A stretch of DNA of 63,838 nucleotides, counting the filler, from Porpidia crustulata (taxonomy: Eukaryota): the NCBI GenBank assembly GCA_964255105.1. It is 6 parts of 6 records of this genome, joined end to end, with 100 filler letters (N's around TTAATTAATTAA, not from the genome) between each part and the next. Parts side by side here need not be neighbours in the genome. Positions count along the whole stretch, not along the records: positions 21,355 to 31,911 come from CAXUWE010000757.1; positions 32,012 to 42,559 come from CAXUWE010000758.1; 4 more parts are not named here. One strand, 5' to 3'. Every line of letters begins with the position of its first letter. Position 1 is the stretch's first letter. The notes under the pieces were generated by a model. That model made no database searches, was not told where the DNA came from, and was given only the letters and a program-made list of their open reading frames with translations. The translations under genes and the position numbers were made by a program. This document shows positions 23,825 through 34,294 of this stretch, one piece after another.

Positions 23825-25373
23825 CTAGAGCGGTATTTCTTCCAACATTTCCGTGGCTCCTTCGCGCCCAATGGTCAGGATGATATCGCCGAGAGTTTTG
23901 GTATTGAAGCCCGCTTCGCAATAGGTAAAATAATACTAAATGTTGGATCAGCAATTGACAGAGGAACCCGCGGTGATCTGAAGACGTACCTGCCATTTCC
24001 GTCTGAAAAGCTCGATGTCCTTATCTGTCATTCCGTCATGCTCTTCCAACAAGGACGGCCGTATTCTACTATCGAAGCTTTGCTCAAACTTTTGCCCCCA
24101 GATTCTCAGAGTCTTCGCATAATGGCCGCCGATGTTTAGCAGATTATCAACAACAAATGTGCCTTCCGAGCCTTTTTCGATGCTTGCCACCAATTGAGTC
24201 ACCGTAGGCAGATGTCCTCCTGGAAATATGTACTTGCGTATGAAATCCTCGCCTTTTGAATATCCTTCGTACCTGTTTTCTGGCATGGTGATACACTGGA
24301 AAACCGCGATCCCTCCATTTGGCTTCAGCAATCGATTAATGCATTCAAAATAGGTTTCCAGGTACTCGCGCCCGACCGCCTCCAGCATCTCTATGCTCAC
24401 CACCTTGTCATAAAAGCCTCCCCGCGGTACAGGTAAGGCCCGGTAGTCACAAAGGAGGACCTCGATGTTATCTGAATAACCGTCGGCTGCGATACGCTTC
24501 TCCGCCAGCTCTTTCTGCTCTTTGCTCAGTGTTAAGCTTGTCACTCTACATCCTGTCTTTTTTACAGCCGCGATCGCGAAGCTGCCCCATCCGGTACCAA
24601 TTTCCAAGACGTGGTCGGTCTTTTTTATTCTTGCTTGAGTGATAAAATATTGAAGCTTCGTCATTTGAGCTTCCTCGAGAGTTTCCGTTTTGGATTTCGG
24701 GTCGCTTTTGGGTAACCAAATGGGGCAAGAGTATGTCATGTCATCGGAAAGAAAAGCGGCAAACATGGCATTGCTTATGTCGTAATGGGCGGATACGTTG
24801 AGTTGTGAGTTGGCGAGGGTGTTTGTGCTGCGAGCAAGGTTGGTGACGGTCGAGGCGATCGAGGACGTTAATGTTGTAGCGTTCGACAGCTGGGTGCGGT
24901 TGAGGATGAAGAGCTGCCCGAATTAATGCCCATACCCCTCGGAACATCCGCTCCATGGCAAGAGCTGCCGAGCTTACCTGGAAGAAGGCCACCAAATCCG
25001 AACAGGCGATCTCCCCCAACATGAAGCTCTCCGCGAATCCCTAAAAGAATCCGCTCAGCTCTCCTGCCGTTTTCTGTCGAGCCCCAAGCAGCGCGGCCCG
25101 AGTACCTAAGCTCACCATATCCGCAAACAGCAGTACTCGCACCCAAAATGTCTCCCTCAGCACCCGCAGTTCCGTCCTCGGGCTCCCGTCTTTGATCTGC
25201 GGCGTCCCGCAGAGGGTGACGGCTCCGTCGGTGTCTATGACGACGAGCTGGCCGATTGCGATACGACGCAGCAGGCTCAGGACGGCGCCCCGGGAGAAAC
25301 GTACCAAGGGAGACCAAGTCAGGGAGCCGGCGTAGGTAGTTAGGGTATCGAGGGAGGTGGTGAGAACTGCCAT
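23825..25373 (-). CDS. Cyclopropane-fatty-acyl-phospholipid synthase-like SAM methyltransferase (multi-exon)
   Basis: VSAHYDISNAMFAAFLSDDMTYSC, VLEIGTGWG, DKVVSIEMLEAVG, FIRKYIFPGGHLP, HYAKTLRIW, last exon YYFTYCEAGF. ATG 25373, stop 23825-23827. Confidence 0.92.
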
Positions 25374-26925
25374 TTTGGGGCGGGACGTACACGGCACGCG
25401 GCGAGAAATGTTTTGCTGCTCTAAATAGTGGGGGGCAAGGTATGCAGTTGGTAGCTCTAGAAGTATAGACGTATCAATTGAGATATCGAACTTTGCCCTC
25501 GCTCAACACCGACAGGCCAAACACAGCCGGACGAAATACACGCTTCACAGGCTACAACATATGTACCTTCACAGAGCATAAATTTTGTGGTGGGCTGTCA
25601 GGTACATGAAGTCACCACTCCCCGCAGCCCTGCAGGGGTATAGACATGTCGATCCCTGCCGATTTCCGGCGGCAGGGGTCCGTGGGTGGGATGAGAAATG
25701 CACTAAGGCTGGTGTGAACGGCTGTCGCGGGCAGTCGGCGTCTCGGGGTTAAGAATTCGTCCGTTTCTGTGCGGATGAAAAAAACACGAATGGATCGGTA
25801 ATAATCATACCACCCAAAGACCTGGCCCTTTACGGAACTATGCAATCGTTCTGATCGCCTAAAGGCGGGTATATGAAGCGACCAGAAGTCCAGGCACGGC
25901 CAAGAGGAATACGGCTCATGACAGCCCCAATGAACGGCCAGCCCCACCAGCACGCCGCTCGCGAAGGATACCCTAATCGTTTTGTTGGGATAGCCTTCAC
26001 AGTATTGATGAATTAAACCGAATAGTACGCAAAATACGATGTCCGGCCTAGATATAACAAGGCGGTGAAGACGAAGCAGATCTTCCTCGGTCAACACACT
26101 GAGGTTTGCAGCGACTTGGAGCCTTCGGCCTGTTGAGATCAGCTTCGAGGGGCTGTCCAGGGATACACGACCTGATTTGCTGATATGCCATGAATTGGGT
26201 GGATTGAGAAGTTTCGCCGAGAAGGCTTTACACGGAATCATGCATCGACTCTCATATTTACAATGAACACATCATAATGCCTTTCAAGAACCATCGCGAT
26301 TCAACGTGGCGCTCGAGACCGCAAGAACGGACGCTTCTTCAAAAAGTAGGACGGAGTCATCGCTCTGTCATCAAGAACCTTAAGTCTTCAGGTTGTTTTC
26401 AAATCAATGGGTTTTACATTCAGTGTCCAGACTCATATTCATAAATCAATACGCCAGAGATCAAAGTCTCCAGCTCAATAGGGTAGAAACATCGCCCCTC
26501 TGGTATCACCGACATGAGAAGTTCATCTCTGAAGGTCAGTGAAAGGGCACCTCTCCAAATCCACACCTAGAAACAATCTTTCGCCCCTCAAGCCCCCACG
26601 TGCAAGGAACACTCGCCGAGCTCTTGCTATCTACTGACACAAGTGGGCTTTGCTTACAATGACCACTGTACCACCAACAAAGACCAGTAAAGGTAAATGT
26701 ACTACCGAGACTGGCGGTTGTATTGGATAGCTAAGATTTTCATATACTTGCCGTTAAGGTTATCATATTTTTTAAGACTACTGGGGACAATAAGCACAGT
26801 ATCTCATCACATATCGAAATCTCATATCTACACTGTTTCAAACGCGGGTATGGACACTGGGACGAGAGGTTTTCTTTTCACTAAAGTATTTCCATTCATG
26901 GCCACTCACTCATTGCACCGTGTTG

Positions 26926-28300
26926 CTACTGCAGGTTCACCTTCGTCCCGTTTCCTGGCAGCTTCGCCCGGAACAGCACATGTGGCTTGACCCTGCGGTC
27001 CGTGCCTGGATAGAACAGCGGTGTCCGCCACAGCTGGTTCTCTGTGAAGTAAATGTATCCATCTGTTGCCACGGCAAAGGTGTCGGTCCACTGCAAGCGC
27101 GGGTCCCGTGTGAAGATAGTGATGGTCTCGTTCGCCGGGTTGAAGATCTCAATGCTATTGTCCTCGAAGTTGCCGAGGTAGATGAAGCCGTTGCTGTCCG
27201 TCTCCAGACCGTCCGACACACCCTTTTGGCCGTGGTTCGACACGGCGGCTTCGGCCATGTTGGCGCTCGTCAGGCTGCGATCGCGCAGGCGTGCGGTCGG
27301 GATCGAGTAGAGGTACCGACCACCGACGACGCTCCAGTACAGGATAGCACCGTCGGCGCTGAGGGCGATACCATCGGCGCCGAAGCTAGCGTGCGAGATG
27401 GGTCCTTTGGGCCCGGTTTGGGAGTAGATGACTTCGCCCCAGATGAAAGGAGTGTAGCCCTTTTCGGGGCGGACGTAGGGGGTGCTGTCGAGATGGCGCC
27501 AAGACTCGCCAGTGCCGAGGTCGATGGTGATGATGCCGTTGCGACCTTCGGGGCTAGAGTCGGTCATATAGGCCACACCTTGGCCGGAATTGGTGAGGTG
27601 GGGGCGGAGGTCGAATCGCATATCGTTGATGTACTGAAGAGGTTTAGCATTATTGGAAGTAAGGAAAGATTACGAGGTTGAGGAGGCTTACCGAGTCTGC
27701 AAAGGCAACGTTGGATGGAAAGAGTATCGTCTTGAAGATTGTATCATTATTGAGGTGGACTCCAATCAGCTTCGGCCCTCCTGGAGCCGCCGGTACGTTT
27801 GTGCCGTTCTGCATCGCGGCACGACCTGTGTCAAGCATCCACAGCCGATCCTTGGGATCAATGACCACGCTTTGGACGCCTATCAGGTAATTCTCATAAT
27901 TGGCACCTGTCGCGGGATTTGTCGTATAATTGATGGCACCGCCAGGAGGAGAATTCATCTCGAGAGAGGGATAAGGGGTCTCGGTGTTGTTGGCCGTCAA
28001 TTCCGCAACAGTGTACTTGATGTTGTTCGGGTCGAGCGAACGGGCGTAGTTTGAAAATTTGCGTCCGGTGGATGAGACGGCGATGCCTACACGCAGATGT
28101 TAGAGATCTCTCCATGGGCAACGGCAACAATTTCCTGGGATACGAGGGGTCGGCATACCTTGAGGATACAAATCATTGTAAAGATGAACAATCTCCAGCG
28201 CCGCTCCGCCAACCCCAGGATCCTGAGGTATCTGCTGCGCAAACGCACCACCAGCTATGCTGGTGGCTGCCAGCCCAAGACTTGTGATTCCCGAATGCAT
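26926..28300 (-). CDS. Secreted major royal jelly protein/yellow family beta-propeller (3 exons)
   Basis: Signal peptide, PQG|IAVSSTGRKFSNY, IGVQSVVIDPKDRLWMLDTG, AYMTDSS, GADGIALSADG, SDGLETDSNG, DPRLQWTDT. Confidence 0.92.
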
Positions 28301-28860
28301 GACTTAGCTTTCTAATGTCGACGCAAAGCTTCTTGAATAACTTTACAGGGTAATCCTCAAGCCTAGGGGGAGGCCAAGATGCAATATATATACACCTCCA
28401 CGCCCGCCCCATCATTCTTTCCGGTGGTACAAACGTCATGGCAACCAGGAACCGTGAAACTTAGCACAGCTTAAGCTCCTCAAACCCCCCGGCCCAATTT
28501 GTGGGGAAAGTGCGTGGAGAAATGGAAGATTGAGGAGTTGAGATGCGTAAAGGCGGAGGTCCCACTTGACATCATAGCGCCGTCGGCACTTGGACGGGGG
28601 CTAGCGGCAGGGGCTTATAAACGAGCCGATCACGTGATGACAAATCATTCGAGCCCTGGGCCTTGCGATGTGCAATGGCGTTCTTGGAATAATATGCTTT
28701 GATTTTGGTAAGACATGAGGGCCACAGATCTCGCATGAAGAGGGAATTTTTTGTTTTCATGTCACACAAGTCATACGTTTGATTTCCGGTAAGACCTTCC
28801 CGATGTAACACTTTTTGTTTTCTTTCTCACGTGACTGAATTCCATCTTTCCTTTCGGACT

Positions 28861-29140
28861 GAAGCAACGAATGAAATATTGATTGGGTGAAGTACCTGAT
28901 AAAGCACTGGATGAAGCGCTGAATGGAGCACTGGATGGAGCACTGGATGGAACACTGAACGGAGCCCTGCATGAAGCATTGAGTGGAAGACTGAGTGGAA
29001 TATTGCATGAAGCACTGAGTGGAGCACTGAGTTAAACATTGATTCAGTGGAGTATTCAATAAAGCACTGCATGGAGCACTAGATGGGCATTAAATGGAGC
29101 ATTAAATGGAGCACTAAATGGGGCCCTACATGGGACTACG
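28861..29140. repeat. Degenerate 12-bp minisatellite (consensus about GGAGCACTGAAT), about 20-22 units
   Basis: Units such as AAAGCACTGGAT, GAAGCGCTGAAT, GGAGCACTGGAT x2, GGAACACTGAAC, GGAGCCCTGCAT, GAAGCATTGAGT ... GGAGCATTAAAT, GGAGCACTAAAT. Confidence 0.9.
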
Positions 29141-29215
29141 GCATCAAGGTCGACGGCGTGTAGTTTCTCGTGTGAACGCGATCTCCAAATGCTCTGATTG
29201 GGAAGGTTCCCCACC

Positions 29216-30820
29216 TCAACAACCGAAATACCTCCCCTCGATCCACCTCTCCTCGAAATCCTCCACGATCCTGCAAACCACCACCTTGATCCGCGGAAAC
29301 ACCTTCAGCAATCGATTCACCCCCCTTTTCCCCGCCGAGTACGTCACAAACACCATCCGCTCCTCCGGCACCCCGTGGTCGACGAGCACCTTCACGGCCA
29401 TCAGCGCGGCGCCCCCGCTCGCCATCTGCGGGTCCAGCAGCAGCACGTTGGTGTGGGTGGAGATGTCTTCGGGGAGTTTGAGGTAGTGGAGTTCGGGTTC
29501 GCCGGTGCGGTAGTTTGTCTGGATCAGGACGCGGCCGGTTTTGCAGTCGGGGATGACGCGCTTGAGGCCGGTTTCGAGGCAGCTGCCGGCGCGGAGGATG
29601 ACGACGGCGCTGATCTCGCCGATCATTTGGTAGCCGTGGGCGAGGTTACCGGTTGGCGTCCCTACGGTGATTGGCTCGAAGCGAAGGTAGTCCATTGCTC
29701 TGCTAATGCATTAGTGTGGTCGAATATCCTGGATTTGGTTCTTTTACCTACCTTTCAACCAAGAGAGTTGATAGCCGGTCAAAGTAGAAATTAAAGTCCA
29801 CGTGGTCTGTGCTTGGGTTTTGGAGGATGGTGCTCATGCCGACAATCTGCGTTGTTTGTCCGAGGAGTAGAACATTTGGCGACAGCGGCTCGTCTTCAAC
29901 CTGCTTTCCAAGTTTTTGAAGCTCCGTTTGGTGCTTTTTGGACTTCTCTACGAGCGTTCGCTGGATGTGCTTGACTACCATATCAATAGCCACGCGGTTC
30001 TCAATTCCCCGGGGAACGATGATGTCTATTCGTCCTGAAATTAGCTCACGTAATTGGACGTCGTGTGGACATTGATATACCTGCGACTTCTCGCTGCGGC
30101 TGAACAAAGCGTCCAAAATTCGGTTTGACGTATGAAAACCACTGCTTGATACATCCTTCTATGTCCCTTCCCCTTTCTCGTACATCGCGCGTGACTTTTT
30201 CGATCGTTAGGTTAGCTACCATATATAACATGAGTCTCTCTTGGACAGGCATACTCCTCCGTGAAAGACACAAATCCGCATCGGCCTCCGCAAATATCTT
30301 CAGGTCTAGCAATTCTAGAACCCGCGGGTCGTACAACGCATATATACCCTCCAAAATCAGGACGTGAGGCGAGTAAATGGGAGTCGCGTTTGATTGGCGT
30401 TGATGTTCCTGAAAAGAATATACGGGTATATCTGCTCGACGACTGACTTTCGTTTAGCATAAATTACAGTTTCTTTCCTTAATAGAATTACTCACCCCTG
30501 TTTGAGGTCTTGGAGACGCTCAACCAGGACATCAAAGTCGATTGCACCGGGAGCATCCAAGTCGTATTCATTCTTGTGTGCCAGAGCATTTTGAGCCGGC
30601 GTCAATATTTTATAAAATGAATCCTGAAATCTTAAGCATGTATTGCTTCGTTGCGGGGATGATTCTTGCAGCATACCATTGACAAAATGACAACCCATGG
30701 CAGATTCAAGGACGCTACAATTTCGACCGCCAACGACGTCTTTCCAGAGCCAGAGCTCCCAGCAATGCCGATGATGCTGGTGTCAGCCCACGGCGGGGAG
30801 TAATGTGCTCTCTCCATCAT
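29216..30820 (-). CDS. URK1: Uridine kinase with C-terminal UPRTase-like domain (multi-exon)
   Basis: IIGIAGSSGSGKT P-loop, DSFYK, DAPGAIDFD, LILEGIYALYD, RDVRERGRD, VILRAG, LLDPQMASGGAALMAV, IEGRYFGC. Confidence 0.95.
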
Positions 30821-31183
30821 TCGATTTTTCAGGAAACGACAAGGAAAGAAAAGTTACGAACACCGAGAACATGATTAAAGGGAAATATATAGACCATTCA
30901 TGTAACACTTCTGCTCCTCGTATGTTGTGACTCAGTGTCTACTTGTGTTTATGTAATTCCCTCACTGTAATCATCAAGTCTACATGACACCTTTTGCCCA
31001 TGGCGATGAGCTGCCCCTGACCGCCCTACGGCACTAGCGGGCAACACGACCGAAAGAAAGTTCCAACAAACTTCCTCAATCCATCCATCCATCGAGTCTC
31101 AAGACAACTTCTTCGTTTAGTCAAGAGGAGTTGATCACTAGGATACTGCTGCAGATGGAGAGCAGACAGCTCTACTTACCATT

Positions 31184-31750
31184 ATGGTAGGTTGCATTCA
31201 ACCCTGCTCAAACCAAGTCGGAGCTGATTCGGATCAAAGACGTCCTCTACAACCTCTACCGCAACACCAACAAGGCACCCCTTCGAGCGTCGTGTTGACG
31301 ATGTCAAACTTTCCAAAACGTGAGTCTCTCGCCATCTGTGCAGAAATGAATGCCCACAACCGACCCACCACCGAACACATGATGATTGCAAATCAAATTG
31401 GGAATCTCTCCGAATCAACTTTGTGGAGAATATGTTAATTTGACTATCTGATCCCTTCAACATTCTCATCAACATGGTTCACCTTCAAAATCACTGTCAT
31501 CATGGACAATTGATCGTCATTACGTACGCTGACCTATAAACACGAGTATGACAGTGATCTCAACTCTGTCATCATGGACTATCTGATCAGCGAAGGTTAT
31601 CCCTCAGCAGCACAGAAGTTCGCGCTCGAAGCAAACATACAGCCACAAGTGGACGTTGAGTCAATACGAGAGCGAGTGGAGATTCGCAATGCCATCTACG
31701 GAGGAGATATACAAAGCGCGATTGAGAAGATCAACGAGCTGAACCCTCAG
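31184..31750 (+). CDS. GID8: GID/CTLH complex subunit Gid8/TWA1-like (LisH-CTLH), 3' truncated; snoRNA host gene
   Basis: ATG-only first coding exon 31184-31186, exon 31240-31319 (TSSTTSTATPTRHPFERRVDDVKLSK), exon 31555-31750 (DLNSVIMDYLISEGYPSAAQKFALEA..RERVEIRNAIYGGDIQSAIEKINELNPQ). Confidence 0.88.
31375..31455 (+). ncRNA. Intronic box C/D snoRNA, SNORD79/U79-like (LSU rRNA 2'-O-methyl guide)
   Basis: Box C ATGATGA 31379-31385, guide TGGGAATCTC 31399-31408 (complement of conserved LSU GAGAUUCCCA), D' CCGA 31410-31413, C' GTGGAGA 31423-31429, box D CTGA 31448-31451, inside the 235-nt intron 31320-31554. Confidence 0.85.
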
Positions 31751-31810
31751 GTAAGTCTTTGAACTCTGTTACACATCGCTAGCAGTTAGCTTCTGTTACA
31801 CCCCCCCCAC

Positions 31811-31901
31811 TTTGCAATGATTAAACATCTCATGCACCACTCATATACCCCTTGGGGTGCTGATGAGAAACAAACTTACTTCAGTCTTCAAAATGAGCAA
31901 A
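31811..31901 (+). ncRNA. Intronic double-guide box C/D snoRNA (18S guide like snR40/SNORD32; second guide to LSU)
   Basis: Terminal stem TTTGC/GCAAA, box C ATGATTA 31817-31823, guide CATGCACCAC 31831-31840 (complement of 18S GUGGUGCAUG), C' TGATGA 31861-31866, guide ACTTCAGTCTTCAAA 31878-31892 (complement of LSU UUUGAAGACUGAAGU), variant D ATGA 31893-31896. Confidence 0.8.
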
Positions 31902-31911
31902 ACCCCCCACC

Positions 31912-32011
31912 NNNNNNNNNNNNNNNNNNNNNNNNNNNNNNNNNNNNNNNNNNNNTTAATTAATTAANNNNNNNNNNNNNNNNNNNNNNNNNNNNNNNNN
32001 NNNNNNNNNNN
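31912..32011. other. Artificial contig linker
   Basis: N-TTAATTAATTAA-N, 100 nt. Confidence 0.98.
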
Positions 32012-32843
32012 TACTAATAGTCTCGCTTGACAGTTGTGATAGCGAAACGGCCCTAGCAAGCTCAGGACCCTCAAAATACTTGCGGGTCACCTAATTTACC
32101 TACTTTCTATTGGTCCCCCAGTGTTTATTCAGTCCTTGGTCATCCACTTTTCACTACCTTACCTACCTTATGGTACTTCCATACCTTACCTTACCATACC
32201 AACTATCACCATAGATCCATCCATCGGAACCAACCTGTCAAACCCTTTGTCCGCGTGACCACTGTCTGTTTAGTCACTTCTCCACCCGCATCTCCTCAGT
32301 TTTTATCTTAAAATCTCATTGATTTTTTGGAGTGAATTTCAATAGCCTTTACTTAGGCGATACATCAGTACACCTAATAAGCGAGATAATTGCCATGCTT
32401 TGTACTATGCGTCTGGATTTGGTTCTGTTGGCCTAGATCATTCCCTGCAGTTCTTCCGTCAATGCTGCCGTGGTTGCTGTCTCTGGCACATGCTCAAAGA
32501 AAAGGGTACAGTATAAGATTAGCTACACAAGATGGTCAAGTCGCCTCTATACAACCTCTTCGTTTAACACAGTCATTCCAACTATGTCAATCATGAAATG
32601 TGATGTAAAAGTCACGCAGTCCTGGATGCCTATTGGTTTTCTTTGGCCCATCTGATCAAGACAGATACCTCGAATGTTTTGAATCAGATATTTGCAAAGC
32701 TTGCCTAGTGGACTTGACCATCAAGCGTGCGCTATGTTGAGGGAGTCTGTGTTCAAGAGAAGTGATCCTCAACCCTCCAAGATCCGACTATAAGTCCCAT
32801 TTCAAAGGCGACCAGTATGATGATCCGTTGAACAGATCTATGA

Positions 32844-33366
32844 ATGTTTTACCTAATGACAGTGACTGCTGAGAAAATTTTAGGGAGAAAAAAGTCGTTC
32901 ATGAGGCTGTCAATAGACAGCCATTCCAGACGTGCTCTGAGGCGCTACTTGTTGTCGACGAATTCAGTCTATTCGTGCTCAGATAGCTGGCTTCCCCTCT
33001 TTCCTTCAAAGAGCGAGCAAGACACTTCTACTCAAAGCGTTCGTCTAATGGTAAAACACTCAAATTTCGGAATGTACGTAGAACGACCAACATTCAAACC
33101 TTTTCAGTTGCGAAAAGAAGCTGATACGGGTGCGCGAGCCGGCAAAAGCTGATGATGCGCTCTCGACTGACAACCTCTTCAGATATTCTCAACATAATGA
33201 AAGTATGGAAAATCATGCAGCTCCCGTCCCACACAAGAACATTTTCATTTGAATATTGATTATTCTTAGTGGCAAGTCAATTCTCGGATGCTAAGGAGCA
33301 GTCTATCATGATGTCATCCACCCGGTCGATTGGAAGTCCTCATACATGGCCAAGCGCCTGGGCTAA
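32844..33366 (+). pseudogene. Possible small spliced orphan gene or decayed gene
   Basis: Canonical introns 33074-33182 (GTACGT..CTGAC..CAG) and 33203-33301 (GTATGG..GCTAAG..CAG) flank a 20-nt micro-exon. The spliced frame is open for about 104 aa. No recognisable domain. Confidence 0.3.
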
Positions 33367-34294
33367 ATAAAGAAATATTTGATCACTACAATGAAAGGCT
33401 TGGGCGAAGCTTGAAGGTACAAGAAGAGGATCATAGACTGTTCGCGACTCATCACAGTCGAGGCAAAACGAAATACCTGACAAATGATCAGACGAAAAGA
33501 GAGTTCTACTGGTGTTGCAATGCTTTTGCTTCTAGGATCGGCAGGATATGACACTGCATACTAGATTTCTTCGTACGATGATACCGCGAAGCATCGCCGC
33601 ACATTGAGGCTTACGAGGGACGAGGGTCGGATTCCAAAGTCGCTAGAGAGCAGTAACCGACGAATATGAAACTCAGATAATGTCAACGTTTCAGTGAAAT
33701 TCTATCATCTTCAAAATTGCTTTTAGTAGATCTAAGTATCAGTCGTATCAAAGACCATATATCAAGGATGAATCTCTAAAATTTTAGCTCTTTTGGAGTC
33801 TTGTTTGTGACGTCTAAAATGTGTGTCAGTGAGTCAGTACGCTAATCATTATCTCCGCTTAGTCTTGGATGCTCCCTCTCCGTCAGCGCGAATACACCGT
33901 ATCCCGAATCTGCTCAATACCCTCATGTTTTGACGACATATTGACTGGCATACCCTGCCTAGAATCTACCACTTACAGCCAGCTCTGCTCTACAAGTAGC
34001 TTAGCGTAGAGTGTTAATCTTTAGCCGTTATTTTCTGCTTGATGACAACCGCCAGCGTAACCAAACAGAAAGGGAATTGACTTAAAATACCTTGTCTATA
34101 TTGCTGATTATTGCTTTGACTAACTACTATTGGCCGATCGCAATGATCTTGCATATGCATGCTGTTTTTCAAGACGCCATGGACGGCACTGCTAGTCGTG
34201 AGACTGCAGAACGTAGAAAACCTCTTCTCGGACAATCTTTCTCTTTTTCACACCGAATCCTCCTGGAAACTAAGGCCGTTCTAGGAATCCAATC

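Noticed and set aside
25612..26241. 209-aa minus-strand ORF upstream of the CFA synthase
   Set aside because: No recognisable domain or coding-like composition; probably a chance ORF.
28861..29140. CRISPR-like array
   Set aside because: The repeats are contiguous 12-bp degenerate units with no unique spacers, in a eukaryotic genome with no cas genes.
31436..31446. TTAATTTGACT matching 18S rRNA as a second guide in the SNORD79-like RNA
   Set aside because: It is the sense 18S sequence, not the complement, and is better explained as one arm of an internal stem with TCAAATT.
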